Source: Armatimonadota bacterium | GTDB taxonomy: Bacteria > Sysuimicrobiota > Sysuimicrobiia > Sysuimicrobiales > Humicultoraceae | Reading direction: 5' to 3' | Length of the DNA: 19,093 bases | Assembly (NCBI GenBank): GCA_037446215.1 | Contig: JBBIJB010000033.1 | Location: 1-19,093, forward strand | Part shown: piece after piece, positions 8,285 through 15,801 of the stretch | Layout of the letters: every line of letters starts with the position of its first letter | Position numbering within the stretch: the stretch's first letter is position 1 | The notes under the pieces: generated by a model | Database searches by the model: none | Told to the model about the DNA's origin: nothing | The model's input: only the letters and a program-made list of their open reading frames with translations | Position numbers and translations under genes: made by a program

Positions 8285-9173
8285 CGAGCCTCGCCTCCAG
8301 AACCTGGCTCCTGTCGAAGTCGCGGAGCCGCAGCGCGAAGCGCGCCACCTCTATCAGCGCGTCCATCGGAACCAGGCCCACCACCTCGCTCTCCGCGATC
8401 GATATCCCGTAGCGGGCGGCCTCGATCCGCACCAACTCGAACACCCTTGCCATGGACGTCCTCGAGGCGTCGTGGATGTTTACCGTGACCTGCGCGAGGC
8501 CCGACTCGGAGATCACACCCAGGGCCTGAACGTTGACCAGCCCGCCTCCCGACTCTCGTATCGCCCGCGCCACGGCCCTGGCGATGTGAACGTCTCCGGT
8601 CCTAAGGTTGATGTTGTAGGCGACCAGGAGCCGCCGCGCCCCTACGACCGCGGCCCCAGCGGTAGGATGGGGCTCCGGCCCTCCGAAGTCAGGAGCCCAT
8701 CCCTCGCTCTTCATCTTCTCGGCTAGCCCCTCGAACTCGCCCCGGCGGATGTCGGGGAGCCTCTTCCTGTGCTGGGCCGTTGCGGCCTCGCCGTAGAGGT
8801 AAACCGGGATGCGCGCCTCGCTCCAGATGCGCTCCCCCACGCTACGTGCCAGCGCGACGCAGTCGTCCATGGAGGTCATCCCTATCGGCACGAACGGTAC
8901 GACGTCAACCGCTCCGACGCGCGGGTGTTGCCCCGTGTGCTCGCGGAGGTCTATCAGCTCGGCGGCCTTCTTCGCCATCGCCACGGCCGCCTCGCCCACG
9001 GCCTCTCCCTCGCCGGCAAAGGTCAGCACGCTGCGGTTGTGGCTCTCGTCCGACTGGACGTTGAGGAGCTTGGTGCCGGGCGTCTCCCGCACGGCGTCGG
9101 CCACCGCGTCTATCACATCGCGGCGGCGCCCCTCGCTTATGTTCGGCACACACTCCACCAAATGGACCGTCAC
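8277..9173 (-). CDS. ftcD: Glutamate formiminotransferase (stand-alone FT, no cyclodeaminase domain)
   Basis: LVECVPNISEGRR, SHNRSVLTF, HTGQHPRVGAVDVVPFVP, IRRGEFEGL, HPTAGA, LVAYNINL, ESEVVGLVP; 298 aa; GGAGGT SD before GTG. Confidence 0.95.
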   Translation of the reverse strand: MTVHLVECVPNISEGRRRDVIDAVADAVRETPGTKLLNVQSDESHNRSVLTFAGEGEAVGEAAVAMAKKAAELIDLREHTGQHPRVGAVDVVPFVPIGMTSMDDCVALARSVGERIWSEARIPVYLYGEAATAQHRKRLPDIRRGEFEGLAEKMKSEGWAPDFGGPEPHPTAGAAVVGARRLLVAYNINLRTGDVHIARAVARAIRESGGGLVNVQALGVISESGLAQVTVNIHDASRTSMARVFELVRIEAARYGISIAESEVVGLVPMDALIEVARFALRLRDFDRSQVLEARLVE

Positions 9174-9204
9174 GCGCCACCTCCGGGGAGTCCTACGCGG
9201 TATG

Positions 9205-9229
9205 GTTCGTCGTGGCGGCAGGTTCTCCT
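9205..9229 (-). promoter_or_regulatory. Candidate SigH-like promoter upstream of ftcD
   Basis: Minus strand AGGA-N17-GAAC (AGGAGAACCTGCCGCCACGACGAAC), same spacing as the B. subtilis sigma-H AGGA-N17-GAAT consensus; about 30 nt upstream of the start codon. Confidence 0.4.
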
Positions 9230-9244
9230 AGACCGCGCGGCCAA

Positions 9245-9263
9245 ATGTCAGACTACATCAGAC
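9245..9263. promoter_or_regulatory. Candidate transcription factor binding site (TCAGAC direct repeat, 10-bp period)
   Basis: ATGTCAGACTACATCAGAC: TCAGAC at 9248-9253 and 9258-9263, overlapping an ATGT...ACAT inverted repeat, in a locally AT-rich intergenic patch. Confidence 0.35.
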
Positions 9264-9308
9264 GATCTGCGGGAGCTCGGCAGGGCGGACCCGAGGCGGT
9301 TCGAGGTG

Positions 9309-9683
9309 CTAGACGTCCGCGGGCAGGGCGTCGGCGCCCTCTTCGATCCTGGAGAAATGGATCACGGTCACGGTGTCGTCGACCGTGACGGGCCGGCCGT
9401 AGACCTTGGCGAGGAAGTCGACCAGGTCTTCGTGGCGGCGCGCCTCGGGATTGTCGCGTTCGATCTCGCGGGGCGTTACCTCGCCCAGCCGCTTAACCTC
9501 GATCCGATCGATCACCGCGGCGAATACCTTCCTGCGGGTGCCGAAGCGGCGCCCTACGGTGATCCAGATGACCATGCCCTCCTGGTACTTCTCCCCCTTG
9601 TCGCCGAGGCGGATGGTGGCCGTCTTGCGGCCTTGGCGCAGGGCATCGGCGAACACGGACGAGTAGAAGTTCAGCGCGTACAT
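9309..9683 (-). CDS. ASCH-domain protein (YqfB-like)
   Basis: Signature GRKTATIR (GxKxxT/ExR), LNFYS N-terminus, LAKVYG and VTVIHF C-terminus; 124 aa; GGAGG SD. Confidence 0.85.
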   Translation of the reverse strand: MYALNFYSSVFADALRQGRKTATIRLGDKGEKYQEGMVIWITVGRRFGTRRKVFAAVIDRIEVKRLGEVTPREIERDNPEARRHEDLVDFLAKVYGRPVTVDDTVTVIHFSRIEEGADALPADV

Positions 9684-9720
9684 CGGGGCCTCCGGCGGCG
9701 AATCGAGTGCCTGTGTCTCT

Positions 9721-11406
9721 TCACCGGCCTCTGCCGGACTCCTCCTGGAAGCCGCTCATGCGGATGGCTGCCCGCCTCGCCGCGCTGATGGCCTCCGGGT
9801 AGCCGGCGTCAGCGTGGCGGATTATTCCGGTTCCGGGGTCGCTGGTCAGCACCCTCTCGAGCTTCTCGCGGGCCAGGTCGGTGCCGTCGGCCACGGAGAC
9901 CTGCCCGGCGTGGATAGCGTAGCCGATTCCCACTCCGCCCCCATGGTGCACCGAGACCCAAGTTGCGCCTGCGCACGTGTTGATCAGTGCGTTTAGGATC
10001 GGCCAATCCGCGATCGCATCGGACCCATCGCGCATCCCCTCGGTCTCCCGCAGCGGCGAAGCAACCGAGCCGGCGTCAAGGTGGTCCCTTCCGATAACGA
10101 TAGGCGCCGAGACCGACCCCTCCTTGACCAGGTCGTTGAAGGCCAGGCCGGCCTGTGCGCGCTCCCCGTAGCCCAGCCAGCATATCCTTGCCGGGAGGCC
10201 CTGCGCCGGCACCCTCTCGCCCGCCAGGCGGATCCAGCGCGCCAGCTGCTCGTTCTCCGGAAACAGCTCGAGGATGGTGCGGTCGGTCGCCGCGATGTCC
10301 GCGGGCTCTCCGGAGAGCGCCGCCCATCTGAACGGCCCCTTGCCCTCGCAGAACAGAGGCCTGATGTAGGCGGGCACGAAGCCGGGGTAGGTGAAGGCGT
10401 CCCTGTACCCCCCCTCGCGGGCCTGGCCCCTCAGGTTGTTGCCGTAGTCAAAGGCGACGGCGCCGGCCTTCTGGAGACCGACTATCGCCTCGCAGTGACG
10501 CGCCATCGCGGCGCGCGAGCGGCGGACGTACCCGGCCGGGTCCTGCTTGCGCAGGAGAGGAGCCTCCTCCGCCTCCACTCCCTCGGGCACGTACCCGTCC
10601 AGGGGGTCGTGGGCCGAGGTCTGGTCGGTGACGACGTCGATCCGGGTGCCTAGACGGGCGATCTCAGGCACGGCCTCGCTCGCGTTGCCGAGCAGGGCCA
10701 CCGACAGCGGGCTCCCCGCCTCCCGCGCCTCCTCAGCCCATGCCAGCGCCTCCTCCAGAGAGTCGGTGGAGCGGTCTACCCAACCCTGCGACCGCCTCCG
10801 GTGGATTCTGGCCGGGTCAACCTCCACAATCAGCGCCACGCCCTCGTTCATAGTGACCGCCAGGGGCTGCGCGCCGCCCATCCCGCCGAGCCCGGCCGAG
10901 AGCACGAGCCTTCCCCGGAGCGTTCCGCCGAAGTGCCTGCGGGCGACGGCCGCGAAGGTCTCGTAGGTGCCCTGCAGGATGCCCTGGGTCCCTATGTAGA
11001 TCCACGATCCCGCGGTCATCTGGCCGTACATGGTCAGCCCCTGGGCCTCGTACTCCCAGAACCTTTCCCAGGTGGCCCAGGCCGGGACGAGCATGGAGTT
11101 GCTGATCACGACGCGGGGGGCCCATGGGTGGGTGCGGAAGGCTCCCACCGGCTTGCCCGACTGCACCAGCAGTGTCTCGTCGTCGCGCAGGTCGCGCAGC
11201 GCGGCCAGCAGCGCATCGAACGCTTCCCAGGAGCGCGCGGCCCTGCCCGTGCCGCCGTAGACGATCAACTCGTCCGGCTTCTCGGCGACCTCGGGGTCCA
11301 GGTTGTTCATCAGCATCCGCAGCGCGGCCTCCTGCGGCCAGCCACGGCACGAGATCGTGGTGCCGCGGGGGGCGCGCACCTGCCGACGGCCTCTCCTCTC
11401 GGTCAT
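9721..11406 (-). CDS. hutU: Urocanate hydratase
   Basis: [88 protein letters not shown] at 11406 with GAGGAGGT SD. Confidence 0.98.
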   Translation of the reverse strand: MTERRGRRQVRAPRGTTISCRGWPQEAALRMLMNNLDPEVAEKPDELIVYGGTGRAARSWEAFDALLAALRDLRDDETLLVQSGKPVGAFRTHPWAPRVVISNSMLVPAWATWERFWEYEAQGLTMYGQMTAGSWIYIGTQGILQGTYETFAAVARRHFGGTLRGRLVLSAGLGGMGGAQPLAVTMNEGVALIVEVDPARIHRRRSQGWVDRSTDSLEEALAWAEEAREAGSPLSVALLGNASEAVPEIARLGTRIDVVTDQTSAHDPLDGYVPEGVEAEEAPLLRKQDPAGYVRRSRAAMARHCEAIVGLQKAGAVAFDYGNNLRGQAREGGYRDAFTYPGFVPAYIRPLFCEGKGPFRWAALSGEPADIAATDRTILELFPENEQLARWIRLAGERVPAQGLPARICWLGYGERAQAGLAFNDLVKEGSVSAPIVIGRDHLDAGSVASPLRETEGMRDGSDAIADWPILNALINTCAGATWVSVHHGGGVGIGYAIHAGQVSVADGTDLAREKLERVLTSDPGTGIIRHADAGYPEAISAARRAAIRMSGFQEESGRGR

Positions 11407-11502
11407 GGCGGACACCTCCTCAAACGGTCGCTAGGGATGCTCGGGCGTGCCGGCCTCCCGCCACACCCGAGGAGCAGGTGGGTGCGACAGGCCGGTGGGT
11501 GG

Positions 11503-13050
11503 CTAGTCCAGCGGGCCGACGGCGCGCTCCACGGCCTCCACGATCTTCCCGCGCCGGACCAGGGCGGCTGCCCTCTCCAGATCCCCTGAGAGCACCCGGT
11601 CGTCCTCCAGGGGAGCGATCTCCTCCCTCAAGGCCGCGTGGGCGGCCCGGCTGCCCGCGCCCAGCCCTGTGGGCCCGAGGAACTCCGCCGCCTGCGCCGA
11701 GCAGAGCAGCTCGATCGCGACGATCTGCTCAAGGTTGGCAACGACCTCGAGTGCCTTGCGGGCGGCGCCGGCGCCCATGCTCACGTGATCTTCCTGGCCG
11801 GCTGAGGTGGGGATGCTGTCCGCGCTCGCGGGGTGGGCCAGGACCTTGTTCTCCGAGGCCAGCGCAGCCGCGGTGTACTGCGCCAGCATCAGCCCCGAGC
11901 ACAGGCCGCTCTCCCGTGAGAGGAAGGGCGGCAACCCGCTGAGGAGGGGGTTGAGGAGCCGGTCGATGCGCCGTTCGCTGATGGTGCCAAGGCCCGCCAG
12001 CGCGAAGGCAAGGAGATCGGAAACCACCGCGACCGGTTGGCCGTGGAAGTTGCCTCCTGAGAGCACCAGGCCTTCGTCGGGGAAGAGAAGGGGGTTGTCG
12101 GTCGCCGAGTTGATCTCGACCTCGACGATCCTGGCCGCGTGCTCAACGGAGTCGCGCACCGCCCCGTGGACCTGCGGGAGGCAGCGAACGCTGTACGCGT
12201 CCTGGATCCGAGAGGCGTCGCTGCCCAGGAGAGCGCTCCCCCCGACCAGCCTTACCACGTTCGCCGCGCTCGCCGTCTGGCCTGGATGCGGCCGCAGGCG
12301 GTGGAGTCGCGGGTGGAAGGCCTCGCTTCTTCCGCGCAGCACCTCGAGCGTCAGCGCCCCTGCGATGTCCGCGGTCCGGCACAGCAACCGGGCGCGGTGC
12401 ACGGCCAGCGCGGCGCAGGCGGTCATCATTTGGGTGCCGTTGACCAGTGCGACGCCTTCCTTGGGTGCCAGCGAGACGGGTTCGAGCCCCATGCTCTCGA
12501 GTGCCCGGCCCGCCGGCAGCCTGACGCCTCCCACCTCGACCTCGCCCTCGCCCACCGCGACCAGCGCCACATGCGCCAGGGGAGAGAGGTCACCGCTGGC
12601 GCCCACCGAGCCCTGGGACGGGATCAGGGGGTGGACTCCCCTGTTGAGGCAGGCGAGCAGCAGACCCGCGACCTCCGGCCTCACGCCCGAGTGGCCGAGC
12701 GCGAGCCCGTGCGCCCGAAGTAGCAGGATGGCCCTCACCACCTCGGTCGGAAGCGGCGGGCCGACGCCTGCGGCGTGGCTTCGGACGATGTTCAGCTGTA
12801 GGCGTCCGGCTTCGGCCGCCGAGACCGGGACCGACGCGAGGTGGCCCACGCCGGTCGTTATGGCGTAGACGGCGCGCCCCTCGGCGAGCAGTCCTTCGAC
12901 CTGGGCATGGGAGGCTTCCATGGCGGAGCGGGCGCGGTCGTCCATCTCGACCAGCGCACCGCCCACAGCAACGGCTATGATGTCTTCAATCGCGAGGGTC
13001 CCGCCTATCCGGACGGGCGGGCGACCGGTGTCGTCCGTTGAGTGCGTCAC
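11503..13050 (-). CDS. hutH: Histidine ammonia-lyase
   Basis: MIO-forming GSVGASGDL; HAL-type selectivity residues RSHAAG; QDAYSVRCLPQVHGA, NSATDNP, SGGNFHGQP, QEDHVSMG. GTG start directly abuts the upstream TAG. Confidence 0.97.
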   Translation of the reverse strand: MTHSTDDTGRPPVRIGGTLAIEDIIAVAVGGALVEMDDRARSAMEASHAQVEGLLAEGRAVYAITTGVGHLASVPVSAAEAGRLQLNIVRSHAAGVGPPLPTEVVRAILLLRAHGLALGHSGVRPEVAGLLLACLNRGVHPLIPSQGSVGASGDLSPLAHVALVAVGEGEVEVGGVRLPAGRALESMGLEPVSLAPKEGVALVNGTQMMTACAALAVHRARLLCRTADIAGALTLEVLRGRSEAFHPRLHRLRPHPGQTASAANVVRLVGGSALLGSDASRIQDAYSVRCLPQVHGAVRDSVEHAARIVEVEINSATDNPLLFPDEGLVLSGGNFHGQPVAVVSDLLAFALAGLGTISERRIDRLLNPLLSGLPPFLSRESGLCSGLMLAQYTAAALASENKVLAHPASADSIPTSAGQEDHVSMGAGAARKALEVVANLEQIVAIELLCSAQAAEFLGPTGLGAGSRAAHAALREEIAPLEDDRVLSGDLERAAALVRRGKIVEAVERAVGPLD

Positions 13051-13533
13051 CTAGTCCTTCAGGCGGTCGTCCGTGAAGGCGATCGAGATCTTGTCCTTGC
13101 CGCGCTGGGCCTCCGCGTTGGCAATGGGCTTGCCCTCGCTCAGGAGCGTTGCGGTGACGCGCCCGTACTCCTGCATCTGCAGCAGGATGGCCTGCGTGGC
13201 CAGCGTGGCCTCGGCCTCGATCAGTTCGCGCAGCTCCTTCTTGGGCCTCCCGGGCTTGAACAGGACGGAGTCGAACGTCACGGCGACCAACTTCTGCTCG
13301 CGGTCAACCTTCACGTCCCTAACCGTTCCGGATCCGACGATGTTCTCTACGAGGTTCTTGGCTATCACCTCGGGGGACGGGGGCCTGCGCCTCGCCTCCT
13401 CGGCCTTGCTGTACTGCACGTCCCAGAAGTAGAGCCCCGCGGTCAGCACCACGGCTACCGCGACGTACACCAGGATGGGCAGCAGATTGACGCCTGTCTT
13501 ACGTTCCAGTTTCTTGGATCTCGTGCTGGGCAC
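13051..13533 (-). CDS. Hypothetical membrane-anchored protein
   Basis: 160 aa; basic N-terminus, one hydrophobic helix (LLPILVYVAVAVVLTAGLYFW), then a soluble domain; GGAGGT SD; fills the gap between co-oriented genes. Confidence 0.8.
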   Translation of the reverse strand: MPSTRSKKLERKTGVNLLPILVYVAVAVVLTAGLYFWDVQYSKAEEARRRPPSPEVIAKNLVENIVGSGTVRDVKVDREQKLVAVTFDSVLFKPGRPKKELRELIEAEATLATQAILLQMQEYGRVTATLLSEGKPIANAEAQRGKDKISIAFTDDRLKD

Positions 13534-13570
13534 CCTGCACCTCCGAACTCACGGAGCGTTGATTGTCACC

Positions 13571-13600
13571 CCTCCCGCCGCGCGAACCGGCGGCAGGAGG
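13571..13600 (-). other. GC-rich intergenic hairpin downstream of the ECF S-component gene
   Basis: 11-bp stem CCUCCUGCCGC / GCGGCGGGAGG (one G-U), 8-nt loop; no U tract, so more likely an mRNA-stabilising or atypical terminator hairpin. Confidence 0.4.
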
Positions 13601-13616
13601 ACCGATCCAGCCATGC

Positions 13617-14102
13617 CTATCCTACCTTGACGAGCGGTCGGAGCAGGCGTACCGCCAGCACTATTACCATCACGTCGATCACGACCTCGGTGAGCAGGCC
13701 GACCGAGAAGATGATCACGGCCATCTGCTTCGCGGGCAGCAGCCCGATCAGGATGAACGCCAGGACGTTGAGCACGTGGCCGACCACGATCGTCAGCGCG
13801 CCCACCACCAGGTTTCGCCGACCGGCCAGGCCCGCAACGAACCCCATGATCGTGTGGGGGGCGATTGCCGCCCACTCGAACGGGTTTCCGGCAGGGCTGG
13901 CGGCGTTGGCGAAGGTGCCGATGAGGCCGACCAGGGCGCCGGGAACCGGGCCGAGCAGCATGCCGGCGATCACGACGACCGTCATATTGAGCGCGATTAT
14001 CGCGCCCGGCACCATGGGGTTGGGGATGAACCTAACCACCTGTCCCAGCACGACGTAGACTGCAGCCAGGACAGCGACCCGCGTGATCTGACGCGCCGAC
14101 AT
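13617..14102 (-). CDS. ECF transporter S-component (substrate unknown)
   Basis: 161 aa, highly hydrophobic with about 5-6 TM helices; AxxxA motif in helix 1 (AVLAA), loop IPNPMVPG, LLGPVPGALVGLIG signature; GGAGGAG SD. Confidence 0.85.
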   Translation of the reverse strand: MSARQITRVAVLAAVYVVLGQVVRFIPNPMVPGAIIALNMTVVVIAGMLLGPVPGALVGLIGTFANAASPAGNPFEWAAIAPHTIMGFVAGLAGRRNLVVGALTIVVGHVLNVLAFILIGLLPAKQMAVIIFSVGLLTEVVIDVMVIVLAVRLLRPLVKVG

Positions 14103-14144
14103 AGACTCCTCCGTTGGATAGTGGCATCGGCCGTAGCCGCCTAA

Positions 14145-14173
14145 CCTGTTCGAGGCCCCCAGCCGCTATTCCC
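14145..14173 (-). promoter_or_regulatory. Candidate alternative-sigma promoter upstream of the ECF S-component gene
   Basis: Minus strand GGGAATAGCGGCTGGGGGCCTCGAACAGG (GGAA-N17-GAAC); shares AATAG...GAAYAGG with the motif upstream of clpC. Confidence 0.3.
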
Positions 14174-14184
14174 CCCGTGGACGG

Positions 14185-15744
14185 CTAGCGGGCTGTGATC
14201 CTGCCGTCCGTGCGCGGGGCCGCCACCTGCGCCCTGCGCAGGTACTCGATGAAGAGGTCGCGCAGGTCCTTCTGCGTGTCTCGCCGCTGCCTTCCGGCCC
14301 TGAAGACGCCGTACCCGTCGCCGCCGTCAGCCAGGAAGTCGTTGGTGGCAACCGAGTAGAGCCTGCCAGGATCCAGCGGCGCTCCCGCCACCCGGACCTC
14401 GACTACCCGCGCCCCGGCCGCCCTGGCACGCTCGAAGACGTAGCTCATTCCTGAGACCTGAGGGAAGCGGCCGGCGCCCTGCTCGACCATGCTCACCCCG
14501 TTCTCTAGAGCCTCACGGAGCTGCGCGCCGGTCAGCTGGAGTGTCACTATGGTGTTGTCGAACGCGAGGACCCTGAACGCGTCCCCGAGCGTGATGGGGC
14601 CCACGTTGATCGACCCGCGGATGTTGCCCCCGTTGATGACGGCGACGTCTGTGCCCGCGTATTCCCTGACCGCGTCGGAGATCAGGTTGCCCAGGTTGGT
14701 CTCCTGCGAGCGCACGGGGCCGCGCTCCCCGTCCAGGAAGACGGCGGCGCGGCCGATCACCTCCGCGAACCTCGCCTGCATCCGCCCCTGGTAGTCGGCC
14801 ACCAGCGAGGCTACCCTGGGATCAGGCGGGATCTGGGAGGTGACCGGGATGTTGCGGGCGGTAGCCCGCCGGACCCTCCCTCCCTCCATGACCAGGTCCA
14901 GCCTGCCCAGTGTCGCCCCCAGCCTGTGCGTCTTGACGTAGGCGGTCTCTGGGTTGTCGGCCGCCATCGTTGGAGGGCCGCCGGCCGGTGTCATCAACCC
15001 GTCGAACCCCTCGGTGTGGCCTCCGACGATCACGTCTATCTCAGGCACGGCGCGAGCGAGCGCGATGTCCTGCTGGGTGCTCATGTGGGTGAGGGCGACT
15101 ACCAGGTCGACGTGCTGCCCGAATCCCCGCACCAGGCCCCTGGCCGTTCCGATAGGGTCGAAGTAGTCGAGGTCGCGCACGATCTTCGGATCGATGACGT
15201 CGGAGTACTCCTCGTCGAGCGTGCTGAAGATCAGGATGCGGAGTCCGGCCACCTGCCGGAGGACGAACAGGGGGGTGAGCTCTCGGCCGCGGGCCCTGAG
15301 CGTTGTCGAGATGATCGGGAACTTGGCCGCGGCCGCCATCTTCGCGAAGTGGTCCAAGCCGTAGTCGAACTCGTGGTTGCCCGCGGCCATGGCGTCGTAG
15401 CCCATCAGGTTCATCGCCAGGATGTCGGGTTCTCCGCGGAAGACCGAGGAGATCGCCGTCCCTATCAGGATGTCACCGGAGTCGAGCAGGAGGAGATTCG
15501 GGGCCTCCTGCCGCGCGGAGGCCACCAGGGAGGCCCTCGCGGCCATTCCGCCGACCCCTCTGGCGGTCTGGGTATCGAACGGCAGCAGGTTGCCGTGGTG
15601 TTCGCTGGTGTGAAGGATGGTGACGAGAACCTGCCGATCCTGGGCCGCCGAAGCGGAGGCCAGGAGGATGACGGCCAGTACTACAGCAGCGGCCCGTCCC
15701 AGTGCGGCGTGGTCCAACCGAGGAGCATACCACGGTGCGCGCAT
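14185..15744 (-). CDS. Secreted bifunctional metallophosphatase/5'-nucleotidase (UshA/NadN/CD73 family)
   Basis: Sec-type signal peptide (AAAVVLAVILLASASAA|QD); LHTSEHHG, LLDSGD, GNHEFDYG, LTHM, VGGHTE; C-terminal domain VRSQETNLGNL, NGGNIR, AFDN, RFPQVSG, DFLADGGDGY; AAGGAGG SD. Confidence 0.93.
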   Translation of the reverse strand: MRAPWYAPRLDHAALGRAAAVVLAVILLASASAAQDRQVLVTILHTSEHHGNLLPFDTQTARGVGGMAARASLVASARQEAPNLLLLDSGDILIGTAISSVFRGEPDILAMNLMGYDAMAAGNHEFDYGLDHFAKMAAAAKFPIISTTLRARGRELTPLFVLRQVAGLRILIFSTLDEEYSDVIDPKIVRDLDYFDPIGTARGLVRGFGQHVDLVVALTHMSTQQDIALARAVPEIDVIVGGHTEGFDGLMTPAGGPPTMAADNPETAYVKTHRLGATLGRLDLVMEGGRVRRATARNIPVTSQIPPDPRVASLVADYQGRMQARFAEVIGRAAVFLDGERGPVRSQETNLGNLISDAVREYAGTDVAVINGGNIRGSINVGPITLGDAFRVLAFDNTIVTLQLTGAQLREALENGVSMVEQGAGRFPQVSGMSYVFERARAAGARVVEVRVAGAPLDPGRLYSVATNDFLADGGDGYGVFRAGRQRRDTQKDLRDLFIEYLRRAQVAAPRTDGRITAR

Positions 15745-15801
15745 CGCGTTCCCTCCTTCGCTTGGGCGCCTCAGCCGGCTTGGCGCCGGCCCGCAACCAT
15801 G

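Noticed and set aside
11503..13050. Phenylalanine/tyrosine ammonia-lyase or aminomutase
   Set aside because: Ser-His selectivity residues (RSHAAG) and adjacency to hutU and hutI indicate histidine ammonia-lyase.
14103..14184. Known riboswitch upstream of the ECF S-component
   Set aside because: Only 82 bp and no FMN, TPP, SAM, THF, cobalamin or preQ1 consensus recognisable by eye; an Rfam cmscan would be decisive.
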